Position numbers and translations under genes: made by a program. A stretch of DNA of 58,070 bases, filler included, from Sluysia triapertura (taxonomy: Eukaryota): NCBI GenBank assembly GCA_046118255.1. It is 4 parts of 4 records of this genome, joined end to end, with 100 filler letters (N's around TTAATTAATTAA, not from the genome) between each part and the next. Parts side by side here need not be neighbours in the genome. Positions count along the whole stretch, not along the records: positions 14,244 to 33,997 come from JBJNIA010053219.1; positions 34,098 to 46,733 come from JBJNIA010093009.1; 2 more parts are not named here. The stretch is one strand, 5' to 3'. A model generated the notes under the pieces. It saw only the letters and a list, made by a program, of their open reading frames with translations. It had not been told where the DNA came from and searched no databases. Positions 26,103-39,906 of the stretch are shown here, in pieces. Each line of letters opens with the position of its first letter. The stretch's first letter is position 1.

Positions 26103-27725
26103 TTATTGTGATTTTAGTGGTATTGTTTTAATGGCCTGACACCAATTTGGTAATGTTGTTTTAGATTCCAAATTTAGTAAGATTATGTTCAGGTCCTTAC
26201 TCCTATTTGATAAGGTTTTATGACTTGATAAGAGTTTGTTATGATTAAATTGGAAAAGATTGAAGCTTATGATATTATCATTCCGTGGGTATAAATGTAT
26301 CGGTTCATAATTCGTAGGACCTACTCTTACTTGATAAAAAGTACCTTTAAAACTATAAATGTTTCTTATCAAGTCTTTGCTCATAATATTAATATCATAA
26401 TTACCATAAAGGGAACATTTATTAAACACACAAAATGCAACTTTAAGCAAATTACATATAAAATTAGACAAGGAATAAGTACATTTCAAATTTTTATTAA
26501 ACATAAAAACTAAAATTATTATATTTACCGATGCATCCTCTTGTACATCAGTCTGCCTCGCTCTAAAGGTATCGTCTGAATAAAATATAATATTTAACTT
26601 AAAAAATGAACCAAAAAATAAAAATTTACGATACATGTCGTGCCAGCATAGCGATAATCGTCTGCACTCTGAATCAAATTAGTACTCTTCGACCTGCGTC
26701 TTGTGATACGAAGTATAACTGACTGATTCAATTTAACTGGAACAAGACAATATATTTCATGTTTAACGACTAATCGTAAAATAACGGGATCATAGGTAAG
26801 ATTGTCCAGGTAAGTATTTACAATAGATATTAGAGTACAATTAGCTAATCGATCTGAGATAATTTCATTAGTTGTATTGATTCGAACATCAACTTTACAG
26901 ATGAATTTATTTTGTCGAATTATTTTACTCAAATTAAGAGGATAAATCAAGTAATATAAACTACTACAAATGATGATAAATCTAGAAAGTATTCTTTAAA
27001 ATTCATAAAGATTTATCACACATTTTATTTTTACAGGACATACTATTGAATGACTTAATGATCTTAGATTAATTGCAAATATAAATTTAATTTCATTTGG
27101 TATCTTTAAATATCTGGAACAATACATCAAAACTAAATCGTATAACTTTAAACTTAAAACAGATATATAACATTTACAAAATCTTGAATTAATACTTGAT
27201 AATGAACATGATGAATTAACGATAGTGTTTTTGTAAATAATTCTGAGGTATTTCCAATATTCATTTGATAATAAAAACTCAATCATAATATCATCACTTT
27301 TACTGGGATGGAATGTTACTACTAACTTTACGATTTTATTATGTTTCGAAAAGTCATTCAAAGAGAAAACTGTGATAGGACTAACAAATTGAAATTGATC
27401 ATGAAGGAATTTTCTAAATTTATGAATTAATTTTAAATCAAAAACACCAATGATTCGGCCTGACTCATTTTCTCTATTATTAAGTGTTATCTGCGTCTCC
27501 GAAATTGTCATAACTAGATCGACATGGAAAATGAATACCACTGTTTGATGACAAACATGTTTGTGTTTGTTTATAAGCTATTCTTATTTCTGCTATCTTT
27601 TTAATTGAAGAATCATTATTTTCGACTTGTTTCAGTTCTTCGGCTAAGGCTTTACTTGAATCTATCATTTGTTCGATATTAAGATAATTATCTGTGGTCA
27701 ATTTTGAATTTTTGTACTTTGCCAA
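26103..27725 (-). pseudogene. Unknown gene, frameshifted or stopped, retaining an intron
   Basis: Four adjacent ORFs (81, 181, 118, 177 aa) with an in-frame TAA at 26996 and a frameshift near 27540. The GT-AG intron 26576-26634 joins frames correctly. Confidence 0.55.
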
Positions 27726-27824
27726 ATTTTTCGAATATAAGAAATATTATCGTCCGCTCTTTTTTTGATTTTGCTTTTAATTATTTATTACTATATTTTA
27801 TTTTTAAAAATTTATTTTTTTTAG

Positions 27825-28943
27825 ATGGTGACCAGTGATTGGTCATCCAACCAGAATTCTCTATGTGCAAATGAATGAAATCAATTCTGGTCGGATGCCA
27901 GTTACAAGAACAGAAATTTAGTAAAATGGTAATGACGAATTATTGGCCATCATTAGTATTGACACAATAATGATGTTTGTGATTAGCAATGTCAACACTG
28001 GTGATGGTAGTAACAAATTATATTATTTTGTGAAAATTTAATTAATTTAATGAAATTTTATAACAATAATAACAATGTTGTTATTATTATTAATATTATT
28101 TTTCAACAAAAATATTAAAAATTAAGTTTAATATTAAAATATTAAGTTTCTTTTCTTTGAAGCTTAAACATGATCTTACTATCTTTTTCTTAATTCTTAA
28201 CATATGTTAGATCTAGATGAAATGAAAAATGATGAATTTGGATGTAGTAACAATAATAAGATGCACGATATTCTAGTTATTGTTATTGCATTGCATAAAC
28301 TTGAATTCTTTAAAACTGTACACGATCTTCCTTTAATTCTTCTAGATTTCTAACATATTTTGAAAGTAATAATCTTGGAGTACAGATTAATTTGAATGCA
28401 TTTGTATGTGTGATTAACGTCTTAAGTTATAATAGTATTTGTTATGCAGTGCAGTTAAATGTGGAACACTGGAATGAACTTTTAGATAGTGACTTATGTT
28501 TCTGATTAAGGGTGTATTTAAATATTGGAAGATCGTGAATAAAATACCTATTGAGAAGAGTGTAATTTGGTAAATGTAAAAAGGCAACTACAATACAACT
28601 CTTCGTATATTTAAAATATTATTGTGCAATGTTTTGTGTTATTTGTTTATTTAATGTTTTTGAATGGTAATGTATTGTGTTGTTGGTGATTGTGCATAGA
28701 CAAATGGTGAATTTAAGATGTTTTAATTGATTCGAAGGTGTAAAGTAGATAATTTACATGTTTTAGGTAAATTTGTTGGTGTAAGTTGATGGTATTAAAT
28801 GTAACTGTGGTTTATATATTATGAGCTTGTGAAAATGCTTACTTTAGGGAAATGAACTATTTTGTAAATGCGTAAATATTGAGGTGTTGAAGGTTTCATT
28901 AGTTTTTTTGAAATTTTAAGAGTTATGAAGGATGTCCACTACA
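27825..28943 (-). mobile_element. R2 repeat copy B
   Basis: Hairpins at 27844-27897 and 27946-28008; body aligns to 53640-54400; ends GTCCACTACA. Confidence 0.75.
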
Positions 28944-29123
28944 TTATTTTTTCGTGTTTATAATAATTTTATTTCACTTAATTTTGGGGAATCCCCACTA
29001 TTTTAGTTTAAATAATTTTTAATATATTCTCTTAAGTGATATTTTGGGGACGAATTAAATAGCATTCACAGGAGATTCCATTTTCAATTTCGTTTTGTTG
29101 AGTCTCGCTTGGTTTGTTATTCT

Positions 29124-29260
29124 TGTGGTGACCAAACTAATTTATTAAAATTTCATACAATTTATAGCATAACTTTACAATTATTCACCAACCACACAAC
29201 TTTAAATATTAAGATCTTATAATTTTAAAATCCATTCAGCGTAAAATCTACAACAATAAA
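29124..29260 (+). mobile_element. R2 terminus, truncated
   Basis: TGTGGTGACCAAAC followed by CA-rich sequence. Confidence 0.45.
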
Positions 29261-30089
29261 TGTTTTAAGTCTTTCAAAAAAAATGAATGAAATTTCTATG
29301 TAACACTTTCAACTTGCCTCAGTTCTCTACAACTCCTTTCTTACTCTTACTTCTATCTTCTCGTTATAACCTTTAGTTTACAAACAATCGAAGACGCTAA
29401 ACTACCTGTCAACGTATTAAAGCAGTTAAAGATTATAATTCGAAAATTTCATTAATTTCCAAAACTTTTTTCGAAGAATTAAAAGATTCAGATATTCTAA
29501 AAAATCAAGATGTTGTTGAACAATGAAAGAAGAAATTATATATGACTTAAACATATCCGTAAAATATTTTGCAATTAAACAACAATTAAAATATGCCTTT
29601 ATCAAAATAGTTCGAGAATTACAGGAATTTTACGAACATTGTGCTTAATTTTGGTTTTTCTATGGAGTGAAATACAAAATGTATCATAATGTCGTAAAAA
29701 AAATTCACATTAAGATCTACCGATAAAACGTTCATGAATTTTATTTTCTAAACAAAAAAATCACGAATTAATAAATGTATCCTGAATTATCAATAGAAAC
29801 TCATGATTTATACTTAAAACGACGCAAACAAGAAACAGTTGAAATTCGACAAATGAAAGCTGTTAGTATTAGTAAAGGGCAAAGGTAGATATAAAGGTTC
29901 AAGATTCAGGATAACAGAATAAGGTAAACTTTATTGAGGAATTGAGATAGGGATTATGATGAATTGTAATGATAAGTATATGAAATACTCGAATCAAGAT
30001 AAGACAATGAGAAATACGAAGAAATAACATTTTATAAGGTTTTATTGTTGCCTGTACATTTTAATATGTAATTACTACTAAAATTAGTA

Positions 30090-30510
30090 GTACCTCAAAA
30101 TTAATTATGAACGAAGATATTTCGATATATATATATAAAGTTTAACTATATAAAGTTGTTGAGAATAAATATAATATGATTTATGTACATGAAGTTGATT
30201 ATGTAGAATTGATAAATGATAGAATGTATGAAGTAATTATGAACGAAGATAACGCGATTTAAATAAAAGAGACAAAGTGCATAAAGTTGTTACGAATAAA
30301 TATAATATGACTTATTTAGGACAGATCAATGACAAAATGTATAAATTATCCACGAACAAAGATAATATAACATACATAGAAAATATGAACGCTAAAATAT
30401 ATGAAGATGGTATAGAACTAACTAACGATAAGTGCATAAAAACATAATATGACTCACATAGAACAGATGAACGATAATTACGAAGTAATTACGAACGAAG
30501 ATGATATTAT
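30090..30510. repeat. Degenerate tandem repeat
   Basis: Recurring TTA(T/C)GAACGAAGAT, AATAAATATAATATGA and TAAAGTTGTT blocks. Confidence 0.65.
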
Positions 30511-31639
30511 TTTTGTGCAAGAGGTGATGGTGTTTATCTTAAAAAATATTACGCAAGTGAGTCCTTTACAATATTAGTCTTACTCATTTAAGGGCTAAGT
30601 TGTAAGTAGCAAACAAAAGGAAAAAATAATAAATGGAGATTAGTTATAGTTTTAAGTGCTCAACTATTTTTGTAGTGTAAAGTCAATATTTTTCTTTGAA
30701 AATAAAAATAATTAATTGAAGTTTAATAGATGAGAATTTACGTCAGAGTTTACTACCGTATAGAAAAAACGGTGCCTTAAATCGACTTTATTTTAATATT
30801 TTTAGTATATTTTACGTCCGTGTAAAAACGGCGTACATTATGTATAATTGCAAGTAAAAAATATGGAATTTTATACTACAATGTATTAAGTACGACAAAC
30901 AAATAAAAAAATAAAAATTAACAAATAATTAATAATGAATTTATCTGATTATATTATAATCGTGAATATGAGTTTTAATTGAAATTTTTCGACTCCAAAA
31001 TTAAAAGGAGCGATAAAGAAAAGTTAACGATTTTAAGCCTGAATTTACCTCTAATAAAATAGTCAAGCTTACTATAAAAACTAGCCAATAAATTAATTTA
31101 TATACGAGATGTGAGATATCAAAATTATGAATCCGAGAAAGCGATTAATATTATGAATCCAAGAAATCGATTGAACTCCAAATCGAAATGGAAATATCAC
31201 TTGTTTTTAAAATTTTTTTAAGATCGGTGTATGTTTAATGTGAATTTAACATAGATTTAAATATGTTTTAAACAACCTTGATTAGGTTCTTTTAAACAAA
31301 ATATATTATGTTATAAATTATTTTATATTATTTTATAAATTTATTAATATTAGGCTAGCATTATTTAAAAGTATTAACATTTTTATATTTTATTTAGACA
31401 ATATTTAATATTTTATTTAAAAGTATTAAAACATATTAATTTATTAACATATTAATATTGATTTTTCTTTAAATAAATTTTAGAGTGTGTATGTATTTTT
31501 AGAACTAGAAAATTTTCTTTAATATTTATTGATTTTTTTAGACTTTTATTTTCAGTATTTTTAGAAATATAACGTTTGATTTTATTTTTAGATTAGATAG
31601 AATTGGTGTTTTATTTTTAGATTAAATGACTTTTCAAGT

Positions 31640-31925
31640 ATTTTATGCTAAAAATGCTTAAACTCTTATACTTACAAAATACCCGAGGGTCAGTTCACCT
31701 AATATACACGGTTTATACCAATACTGGAGACACGTTGGTTGGATTTTACAAAAGAGCAACGAAAAAAGTCAAGCTTAAACAAAACTATGTTAACACCTCT
31801 AATCATAAGGTAGATTTTAATTTTATCTTGACTTTCTTTAATTTAAGTTATATTTCACTAGCCTTTTTAAGGTCTAGTTTTCAAAAATTTATAAATAATA
31901 ATAACCTTCTTAAGGTCTAGTTCAG
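31640..31925 (+). repeat. R3 interspersed repeat
   Basis: TTCACCTAATATACACGGTTTATA and repeated AAGGTCTAGTT; inverted copy at ~47100-47650. Confidence 0.7.
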
Positions 31926-33566
31926 AAAAAAATTATTTTATAATTCAGTAAAAATTCATTCTATGATAAATTTATATTACTCCAAAAGACACTAAAATAA
32001 AAATTACAGAATTGCAAAGCATAATATAATTTTACATCTACGTTCAAATTATTGACGTATCTAAAATTGATTTTAAATTATGCTAGTCTTATTAAGATCT
32101 AGCATAAATAATCAAAAATTTTTGAGTGATTTTAGACCTCCTATTAAGGTGAAATTTAAAACTTATACATAAAAAATTATTTGGATGACATGGAAAAAAC
32201 TTGATCGGCAAAAATTATCTTCAAAAAAAATTTTTTCTTTTCCAAGTTCTATTAAAATTGTCTTTAGTTGATTTAAATTCCTCTGCTTATATTAAATTTT
32301 ACAAAGCCATCTTAAGATTGATTAATTAAAGCAAAAACTTGCCTATTAATCAATTTAAACAAACTAAATTAAAAATTCAATAAATTTTCAAATCAAAGTA
32401 TATTAAATTAAGGTTTTATATAAATATTTTAAATCAAAATATATCTTAAATTAGAATTTATTTTATACCAAAATTTTGTTTTATTTAAAATTTTATTTTT
32501 TTGAATTTATTATGATAAAACTAATTATTTAATGAAATTAAAAATACACAGAAAATAAATTAAGATTTACAAATTTAAATTAAAAATACATCAAAAATGC
32601 AAAACACAAACTAAATTAAGATTTACAAATTTATACCTTGACAATTTGATTTCGTGGTCTATGGACATAATTAATTTATTTTTAGATTTTACAGATTTAT
32701 AAACTGATCAAAGATAAAGTATTTAAAGTAATAACAAACAGATAAGATGACTTATGCCGAACAAAGGAATGATAAAGTGGTCACGAATATAGACTATGGA
32801 TAGCAGATGACGTATAATGCCATCAGGAATGTAGATCATAAGTTACTCGTTGAAGGAATTATTAATAAATTTAATATAAAGGCGATCGAAACAATGCTTC
32901 ATGCAGCTAAGTGGATTGTTGAAAAACCTGAACAGGATAGCTGTTTCGAAGTAAGATCTTCTCGTATTATTACCTATTTTTTTATTCCATCGAGTTCTTT
33001 CTCCCATATTTCATGTTTATAATAAATTAATTATGGCGTTATACTTTAGTATGTTTCAATTAAAATTATTTATTAAAGCATTTCAATTTATAATATCTTT
33101 TATAATTGCTAATGATAATAAACTTTGTTTCGATAAACTTAATTTAAATAAATGTTCTATTATAATATTTTCTTTAAAACTCTAATTATTTTAATTGAAA
33201 CTTAAGATATTTAACATAAAACTAAATTAACTTCGCTTTTGAGTTATTGTCAGTAATCTATATTATACAAGGTTCACTCCAACAGTAATTTATAGATAAT
33301 GATTATAAAAATACCACATTAAATTCTACAACCTTAATGCTAACAAAATCTAATTTAATATGATTTCGTCACTAGATAGAATCTAACTTAAATTGTACTT
33401 CATTTTAAGTTTATATTTATCTCTTACTTAAGTAAAGAGAAAAGTCTATAATAAAAAACGTAAAAATCAAAATGTAAACAAAATTGAGTTTGAAGGTTAA
33501 AGCAGCGGTGTTCGAAGAATATCTGATGGAATCAAAACAAATATGACTTTGAAATATTTTGATCAT

Positions 33567-33842
33567 TATTGACACATTAAAAATAATGAATTTAATTTTA
33601 GTTTTTAGAATTTAATTGATTTATTGTTTTTCACACCAAATTTCCTTATGGAAAATGTTTAAGGTTCTTATTCTCAAACAAGCTATTCTACAAACACTTC
33701 AAACTCACTTCTAGATTCCACCCTCTCATATTCCATTCATTACATTTGCACAAAGTTCAACATTCCATAATTAAGAATTAATTAAAATGTGACTTTGCAA
33801 AATATTAAGGCTTCCTTTGCATGAACTCGGTCAAACCATACT
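33567..33842 (+). mobile_element. R1 proximal part (empty-site reference for the 56503 insertion)
   Basis: Colinear with 56461-56910 except that the 157-bp insert is absent. Confidence 0.8.
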
Positions 33843-34097
33843 TTTGTTCGGTTTTAATACGACCTGAACAATTATGAAAAAATATTAAATTTATACTTTG
33901 GGTCCGCCTACGTCAAACGATTTACCTATAATGGACGTCTGCGTAGGATTTTAAAGCTGTGAAAAATACTAGTGCAAGAATACTACGATTTTTATCTNNN
34001 NNNNNNNNNNNNNNNNNNNNNNNNNNNNNNNNNNNNNNNNNTTAATTAATTAANNNNNNNNNNNNNNNNNNNNNNNNNNNNNNNNNNNNNNNNNNNN

Positions 34098-34170
<73 letters not shown>

Positions 34171-34336
34171 AAACTAAAATCAGTTATTCCCGAAAGTAAA
34201 TATAAGCAAATATCATCTAGAAGTAGCAGTGATACAGTGACCGGTACATCCACTTTAACTAAACCTCATTCTCTTATGTCTAGTGAATCCAGTACCACAC
34301 AGAAACCAAAAGATACAAAGAAAACTGTCATAAAAA
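34171..34336 (+). CDS. Probable S/T/K-rich exon of an unknown gene
   Basis: (ATT)n-CAG acceptor, open frame KLKSVIPESKYKQISSRSSSDTVTG..., possible GTAAAA donor. Confidence 0.4.
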
Positions 34337-34436
34337 GTAAAATATTATTCATGAATAATAACCAATTGAAAATATTCTACAAATAGTGTAAAGACTTTTG
34401 TCTTCAATATTTTTAGTCATTCTAAAAACAGACTTA

Positions 34437-35200
34437 CAAACCAGGTCTTCAAATAATGGTACACATGCTGTTCGTAAATTCACTGCATAATATAACAATA
34501 GGATCAGTCATTCGAAAATTCAGGTTTTGTAGTTAAAGGTTTTTATACTGCTAGTGATAATTGATATTTGAATATTATCTGGACCACATAAATCAATGTC
34601 TAGCTTTTTCTTGAATTAAACGTACGAAAAATATAGTATTTAATTTAGTATTGTATATTTTTCTTTAACATTATTTAACATATTGGAACATATTTTAAAC
34701 TATTCTTTCTCATTTTCCTAGTTTTCAGTACAGAAATTCTATTTTGTACCAGATCTTTGAATATCTTTTGGTACCATTAAATAACTGTTTTCGAATACAT
34801 TATTCCACTTATTTTGAAAGTACAAAAATTAACTTAATTTCTACTTTTATTAATGTATACTAAGGTTACCTACAGTACCAGTCAATAATAATAAAACAAA
34901 ATTGATACTAAAACTTAACCTTGCGCTTCTACCAATTGATGGAATTGCCTTTAAAACATTTCCTTTAACATTTGCATCTCTAATTACTGTAGATCTATAT
35001 ATCTATGGATCTCTAGTTTAGATCTATATAAATATTTTATTCTTAGTAACTGCTACTATAACGTAACAGTAATATCGGTTACAAAAAATTTTCACTCCGA
35101 TTTAAACTTACTTAGACTTATTCGCTTATTAACACTAAACGTACCAAGGTTTGATGTATACATGATCATCATCACCGGTCATTTGACCAGTATCTATGTA
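34437..35200 (-). CDS. Cluster of small candidate exons, unknown gene
   Basis: AG..GT-bounded blocks, e.g. TGQMTGDDHVYIKP (donor GTACGT) and IRDANVKGNVLKAIPSIGRSAR (donor GTTAAG). The full model is unresolved. Confidence 0.35.
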
Positions 35201-35586
35201 AAATAGTAAAATAGTAAAAAACAATACAATTTCATAGCGGTCTTTATACCGGTCGTGATATGTTTAGTGAATATTTATTGTCATTTCAATTATTTATTTT
35301 AAACTTAATTAATTATGCATTTTCTTTATTTACTTTAAATTGAATATTAATTAAATTCATGCAAAACTTACTTTGATTATTTTATTTTCAACATAACTTT
35401 AGATTTCCTGTAATTTCTTTAAAACATTGTTCATAATTAATATTACATTTTGTAAAGTTGATTTATTTTTAATTAACTAATCTCTTTTTAATAGTTTAGT
35501 CACAATGTTTTCCTTTTAAATGTTTGAATAAGTAAATATTACTTGAGCTGAGATCAGAACTGTATTATGATAATTTATCACATTAA

Positions 35587-35715
35587 CCCATTAGTGCACA
35601 TAGGCAATTTAATTGAAACAGATTATTTATTAAACAACATGCAGCTAAATTAGTTACGATATTTCGAATTTTGTGCTTTCAAAATTTGAAAAAGAATCAT
35701 TTATGCCTTAATGGG
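35587..35715. mobile_element. Degenerate piggyBac-like MITE
   Basis: TTAA-CCCATTAGTGCA ... TGCCTTAATGGG-TTCA. Confidence 0.5.
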
Positions 35716-37320
35716 TTCATTAGTTAACTCATCTACACTAAATCTTAAAATTTATGCCTAATTTAACAACAGCTATCATTTAAAATGAAAATCATAATGA
35801 TCCAAGATTATATTGGATAGTGTCCTTGGGAAATACATTGCTTCTGTAGATTTACTTCTAAACCAATCATCCAATGAATTATTGAGTACTTGGCAGTAAA
35901 ATTGTGAAAATCTTTCTGATTATTTGTTTACCGATTTGAATTTAAGTTCTATTCTCCGTTTGCTATTGCTTAAGAAAGTTAATTGTTACATAGCATAAAT
36001 TAAATCTTTGAAGCACATTTGTCCAATCAAATTTAATTAGGATTTTAACGTAGAACCAATTTGTTATTTTAATTGTGTTACTTTTGAAATAATGAAACTG
36101 TATTATAGAAAAACATTCGAAAACTGAATCTGAAGCCAGTGAAATTGAAGAGATTATTGTTGATGAATTGTCTTCTGTAAAAGAACAAGGAACAATTAAT
36201 ATTAACTCAGAAATACCGGAAGTATTATCAATTCAAAGGTTATTCTTTTTTAAGTTTTACTATTAAGTTTTTATAGTAAACAAATATAGGAAAAATTGTT
36301 TTTTTGGAAATGGCTTTATATTTTAGTATTGGTTAAATAAGCAGCATGCTTTATTGTACAGCAGATCTCAGAGATAATCGACACAACTGATTAGTACTGA
36401 CAGGTTTTTGGGATAAAAAGGAACAGCGTTTAACTTACCAATAAAATAATTGAGTTCACTCACGATCCTAGTCTTACGCAATAAATGTCTGGTCTGTAGG
36501 ATTTAAGATTTTAAATATAACTTACGGAGATCGTCTAAACCTAATATAGGAATTGTGATATAGTTAATAGAAACTAGTTCTAATGTTGTGGAAGATGCTT
36601 AAGCTAACTTGTAAACCTTAGCAAATGGTTAGTTTATATCAGATTCCAATTAAAAATCTATGAAATAAATGATTTTACGACTGAATTCTATAATCGGCTC
36701 TTGGAGTTGATTTTAGGGAATTATAACAACTTAAATTAACGAATAATAAATTAATCATTGATTAAAATTCCTCTATGTAAGCAAGGTTAATTGTTAGAGT
36801 TTGCATTTGAACCTTATTAATATTGATCAATGAAAAAGGCATTTTACTACTGATATAAAACAGGTTGTTTAATAAAAATGTGGATTTTAAAATTTTTTGA
36901 AATTATATAAATTAATGTCTATTTTTTTCACAAAATGTGTATATAATAAACGACGGATTAGCTCAATTAATTTTATTTTTAACTCAACGATTACTTAAAA
37001 TAAGTATAATACATAAATAAGGTAAAACCAAAATATAAAAATGAAGTTATAGATAGTTTACCTGATTTATTGTATTTAATAATGGAATTGATTAAGTTTT
37101 AAAATATATTTTAAATCCGACTACATTAAAAATTCGTACAAATGGCTAAAAAGATTTTAAGTATAAAAATGAATTTGTTTAAAACATGTAAACAATTTAC
37201 AAAAATAACTAAGGATTAATACTTTAAACCTAAAGAAAAATAAACAATACATATCGGTAAATCAATAGGAAATCAATAAAATTAAAATAATAATAGCAAA
37301 AATGTATTATTCATTAAATG

Positions 37321-38330
37321 TTAAAACCTTCGCCCGGAGGCAGTGTAAATAAACGATTTTAAAAACCAAATGTATGTCTTTTGATTGCCGTTCAGAAGGA
37401 TTGCCAGAGTTGAATTTGCAGGAATAACTGGAATATGGGCTGGAGCAGGAACTGTGTCAGCTGGCAGAGCAATTGCTAGTTGAGAGATTTCTGGGTACCG
37501 GGACAAGATATAATTCATATAAATTCGATAAGACATCTTCAGCATTCCAATAGATATGTAAACCAGCAATTTGTTTATTACCGATTTATTGAATTTAATA
37601 GTTTTAAGCCAATAACCAGAAAAATTAAAGTGAAGATTTTGACCTTACACCGGACGATTTTGCTAAGATGTTGGGAGAATGGTGAATATTTAAGAAAGTT
37701 TTCCTTATGAATACCTGAATAAGTCTGGATTTTAACATCAATTATTGTACGAAAGAGTAAGTCAGGCCGTTGACATTTGATGTGATCAGGAACATTGGAC
37801 TGGTTAGAAAAGAGGGAGCATTGAGCATCACAGTTAACATCAATACCATTATATCTGAAGAGAGTAACAAGTCCAGGTGCTAAGTTGTGTCGCAAGGTGA
37901 TAAGCTGGAGTTGAAATGGCAGTGGTTAAGAACTTGAGGTGCAGATTTGCACTTATAAGAACATCGCCGAAAGTTTGTGGGAAGATTTGCTTTCAAATTT
38001 CTCGCAGTGGAATTTAGAGGTAAAGTATTTGTTTTGGCTTTGAGTAGGAAGAAAGTGTTATCAGGGATTTCGAAGCTCATGAGCATTCTATTTGTAAGTC
38101 GACACTGTGCAAGAGAAGAAGTCAGGAGATTGGCATTTCAAGGACTGTCATCTTACAGTTTTCCAGCTGCTTTCATTTGTATTTGTGATGTTGCGTCAAC
38201 TAGAATCACAAAATTCAATTTGTGTATTACAATTTGACGTAATACAAGATTATTATAACCCATACAATTATCAGTTAGATGAATAATAAGTTATGATAAT
38301 GTTGCATCAAGCAACATCTAGGTCATTTAA
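37321..38330 (-). mobile_element. 5'-truncated RLE-type non-LTR retrotransposon (R2/NeSL/R4-like group), decayed
   Basis: FLLKAKTNTLP..RRCSY..PQVLNHC (degenerate CCHC knuckle), RHN, RPDLL..IIDVKI (PD..D nuclease). Frameshifted; no RT domain present. Confidence 0.85.
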
Positions 38331-38836
38331 ATAATTTAGCGCCAGAATATTAAATATCACCATTGTAAACTTATAAAACTAGAAATTTATGATTGATGGA
38401 CATAATTTATGAATTTTAATTATCTGGATGGAATGGTAAAATTGTGTATAATGAAAAAATTCTGCTAACAAAGTTAAACTTGTTACTCACGAGAAAAGCT
38501 ATGTTCCACGAAAGCTCAGAAGAATTCCGTAAATGAATTTTTCTACTTGTATTCATGAGCTATAAATCCATACGAAAAATTACACTGAATCCGTGAAAAC
38601 TCTATCACAATAAGTTATTTAATCCGCAAGTTTTTTCATGAATAGCTCTATATTATCAATGAACTAACTGGTGATACCCAATTATTTTTCATGAGTTTCC
38701 ATAAGAATATTTATTAGAATACGAATAATAAAACACATTTCGTTTTAATATTTCGTTTTAATAATAAAATTATTCACGAAAATAATTTTTGCAAATGTGA
38801 AAAGTTTCGATTTTTATACAATTTAATAAAAGTAAC

Positions 38837-39906
38837 CTCTTTTTATTTCAGCATTAACTAATTCGATTTTTTTACCTAATCCTTGTACTAATTTTCCGAT
38901 ATTTGTCAATTTTTTATTATTACTTTTGATATTTTCCACATTTCCGTAATTACTTTCAAATTCTAAGCAATCATCTGTAATTGGTTGCCAGTTTTTAAAT
39001 CGTTCATCTAATTAAAAACAATTAAATCACATAATAAAAATAACCTTCAGGAAAAGACAGTTCTGATGTTACACTAATATTTTCATCCAGTGATACATTT
39101 TCCATTGTATCAATTTGTTGATGATATTCATTAAATTTCTTTGATGGTTTTTTATTTTTCTTCGTATCAGTATTTGTATTCAATAAAGACAAGCGACAAT
39201 TTGCAGATAGTTTATTTAAATTTTCTTTTACACGTTCTTGATGTTTTATTCGTTCATTTTTTTTATTTTTCTCTAGCAATTTCAATTTATTTTGTTTTTC
39301 ATTTATGTATTTCTTTATTTCGATTTGATTTCGTTCTTTTAATGGTCCTTCTTTTTTACTATTAGCTCTTATTCCTATGAAAATAGTAAATTATAGTTAT
39401 ACATAATGCTACCTTTTTCGTAAAAATTATTTCTAAGTTGAATATTATCTACCCAAAAAGAATTTACAGAAATTGGTAATTTCTGTTCCTTTTTTAATTG
39501 TGGTTTATCTAGATATTCATTAATTTTTTTAATTATTGTTGATCTAGAACGTTTAAATGGTAGAGTACATTCATCATCATTTAAAACTTTTGAAATTTTA
39601 CGGATAATATTCTTTTTAGATTTTATACTCATTTTCTTTGCACTTTCATTATATGTTGATAAATGACCATTAACGTATTCCCTTGCAATAGAAAATCCTT
39701 TATATGATGGTATTTGCGTATTACTACAAATTTTACGAGACTTTTCATTATTAAGTGATTCTATATTCTTCTTAGAAGCATTTTCATAACTTATATATGG
39801 AGAACTATTTAACTTAGTTTTTAACGGAAAGACAAATGCATCATCCTCAACTAAAACATGATAAATCAATAAAGTACATACCTGGAATATCAGTACTACA
39901 TGACAT
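38837..39906 (-). CDS. K/E-rich coiled-coil protein, 5' exons 39882-39906, 39413-39850, 39045-39374, 38837-39007
   Basis: ATG at 39906. GT-AG introns of 31, 38 and 37 nt give one open frame, MSCSTDIPVEDDAF...AEIKR. The 3' exons were not located. Confidence 0.8.

Noticed and set aside
27946-28008. Hairpin resembling miR-8/miR-200 (CAACACTGGTGATGG)
   Set aside because: The seed is not conserved between R2 copies and the hairpin is repeat-borne; not a supportable conserved miRNA.
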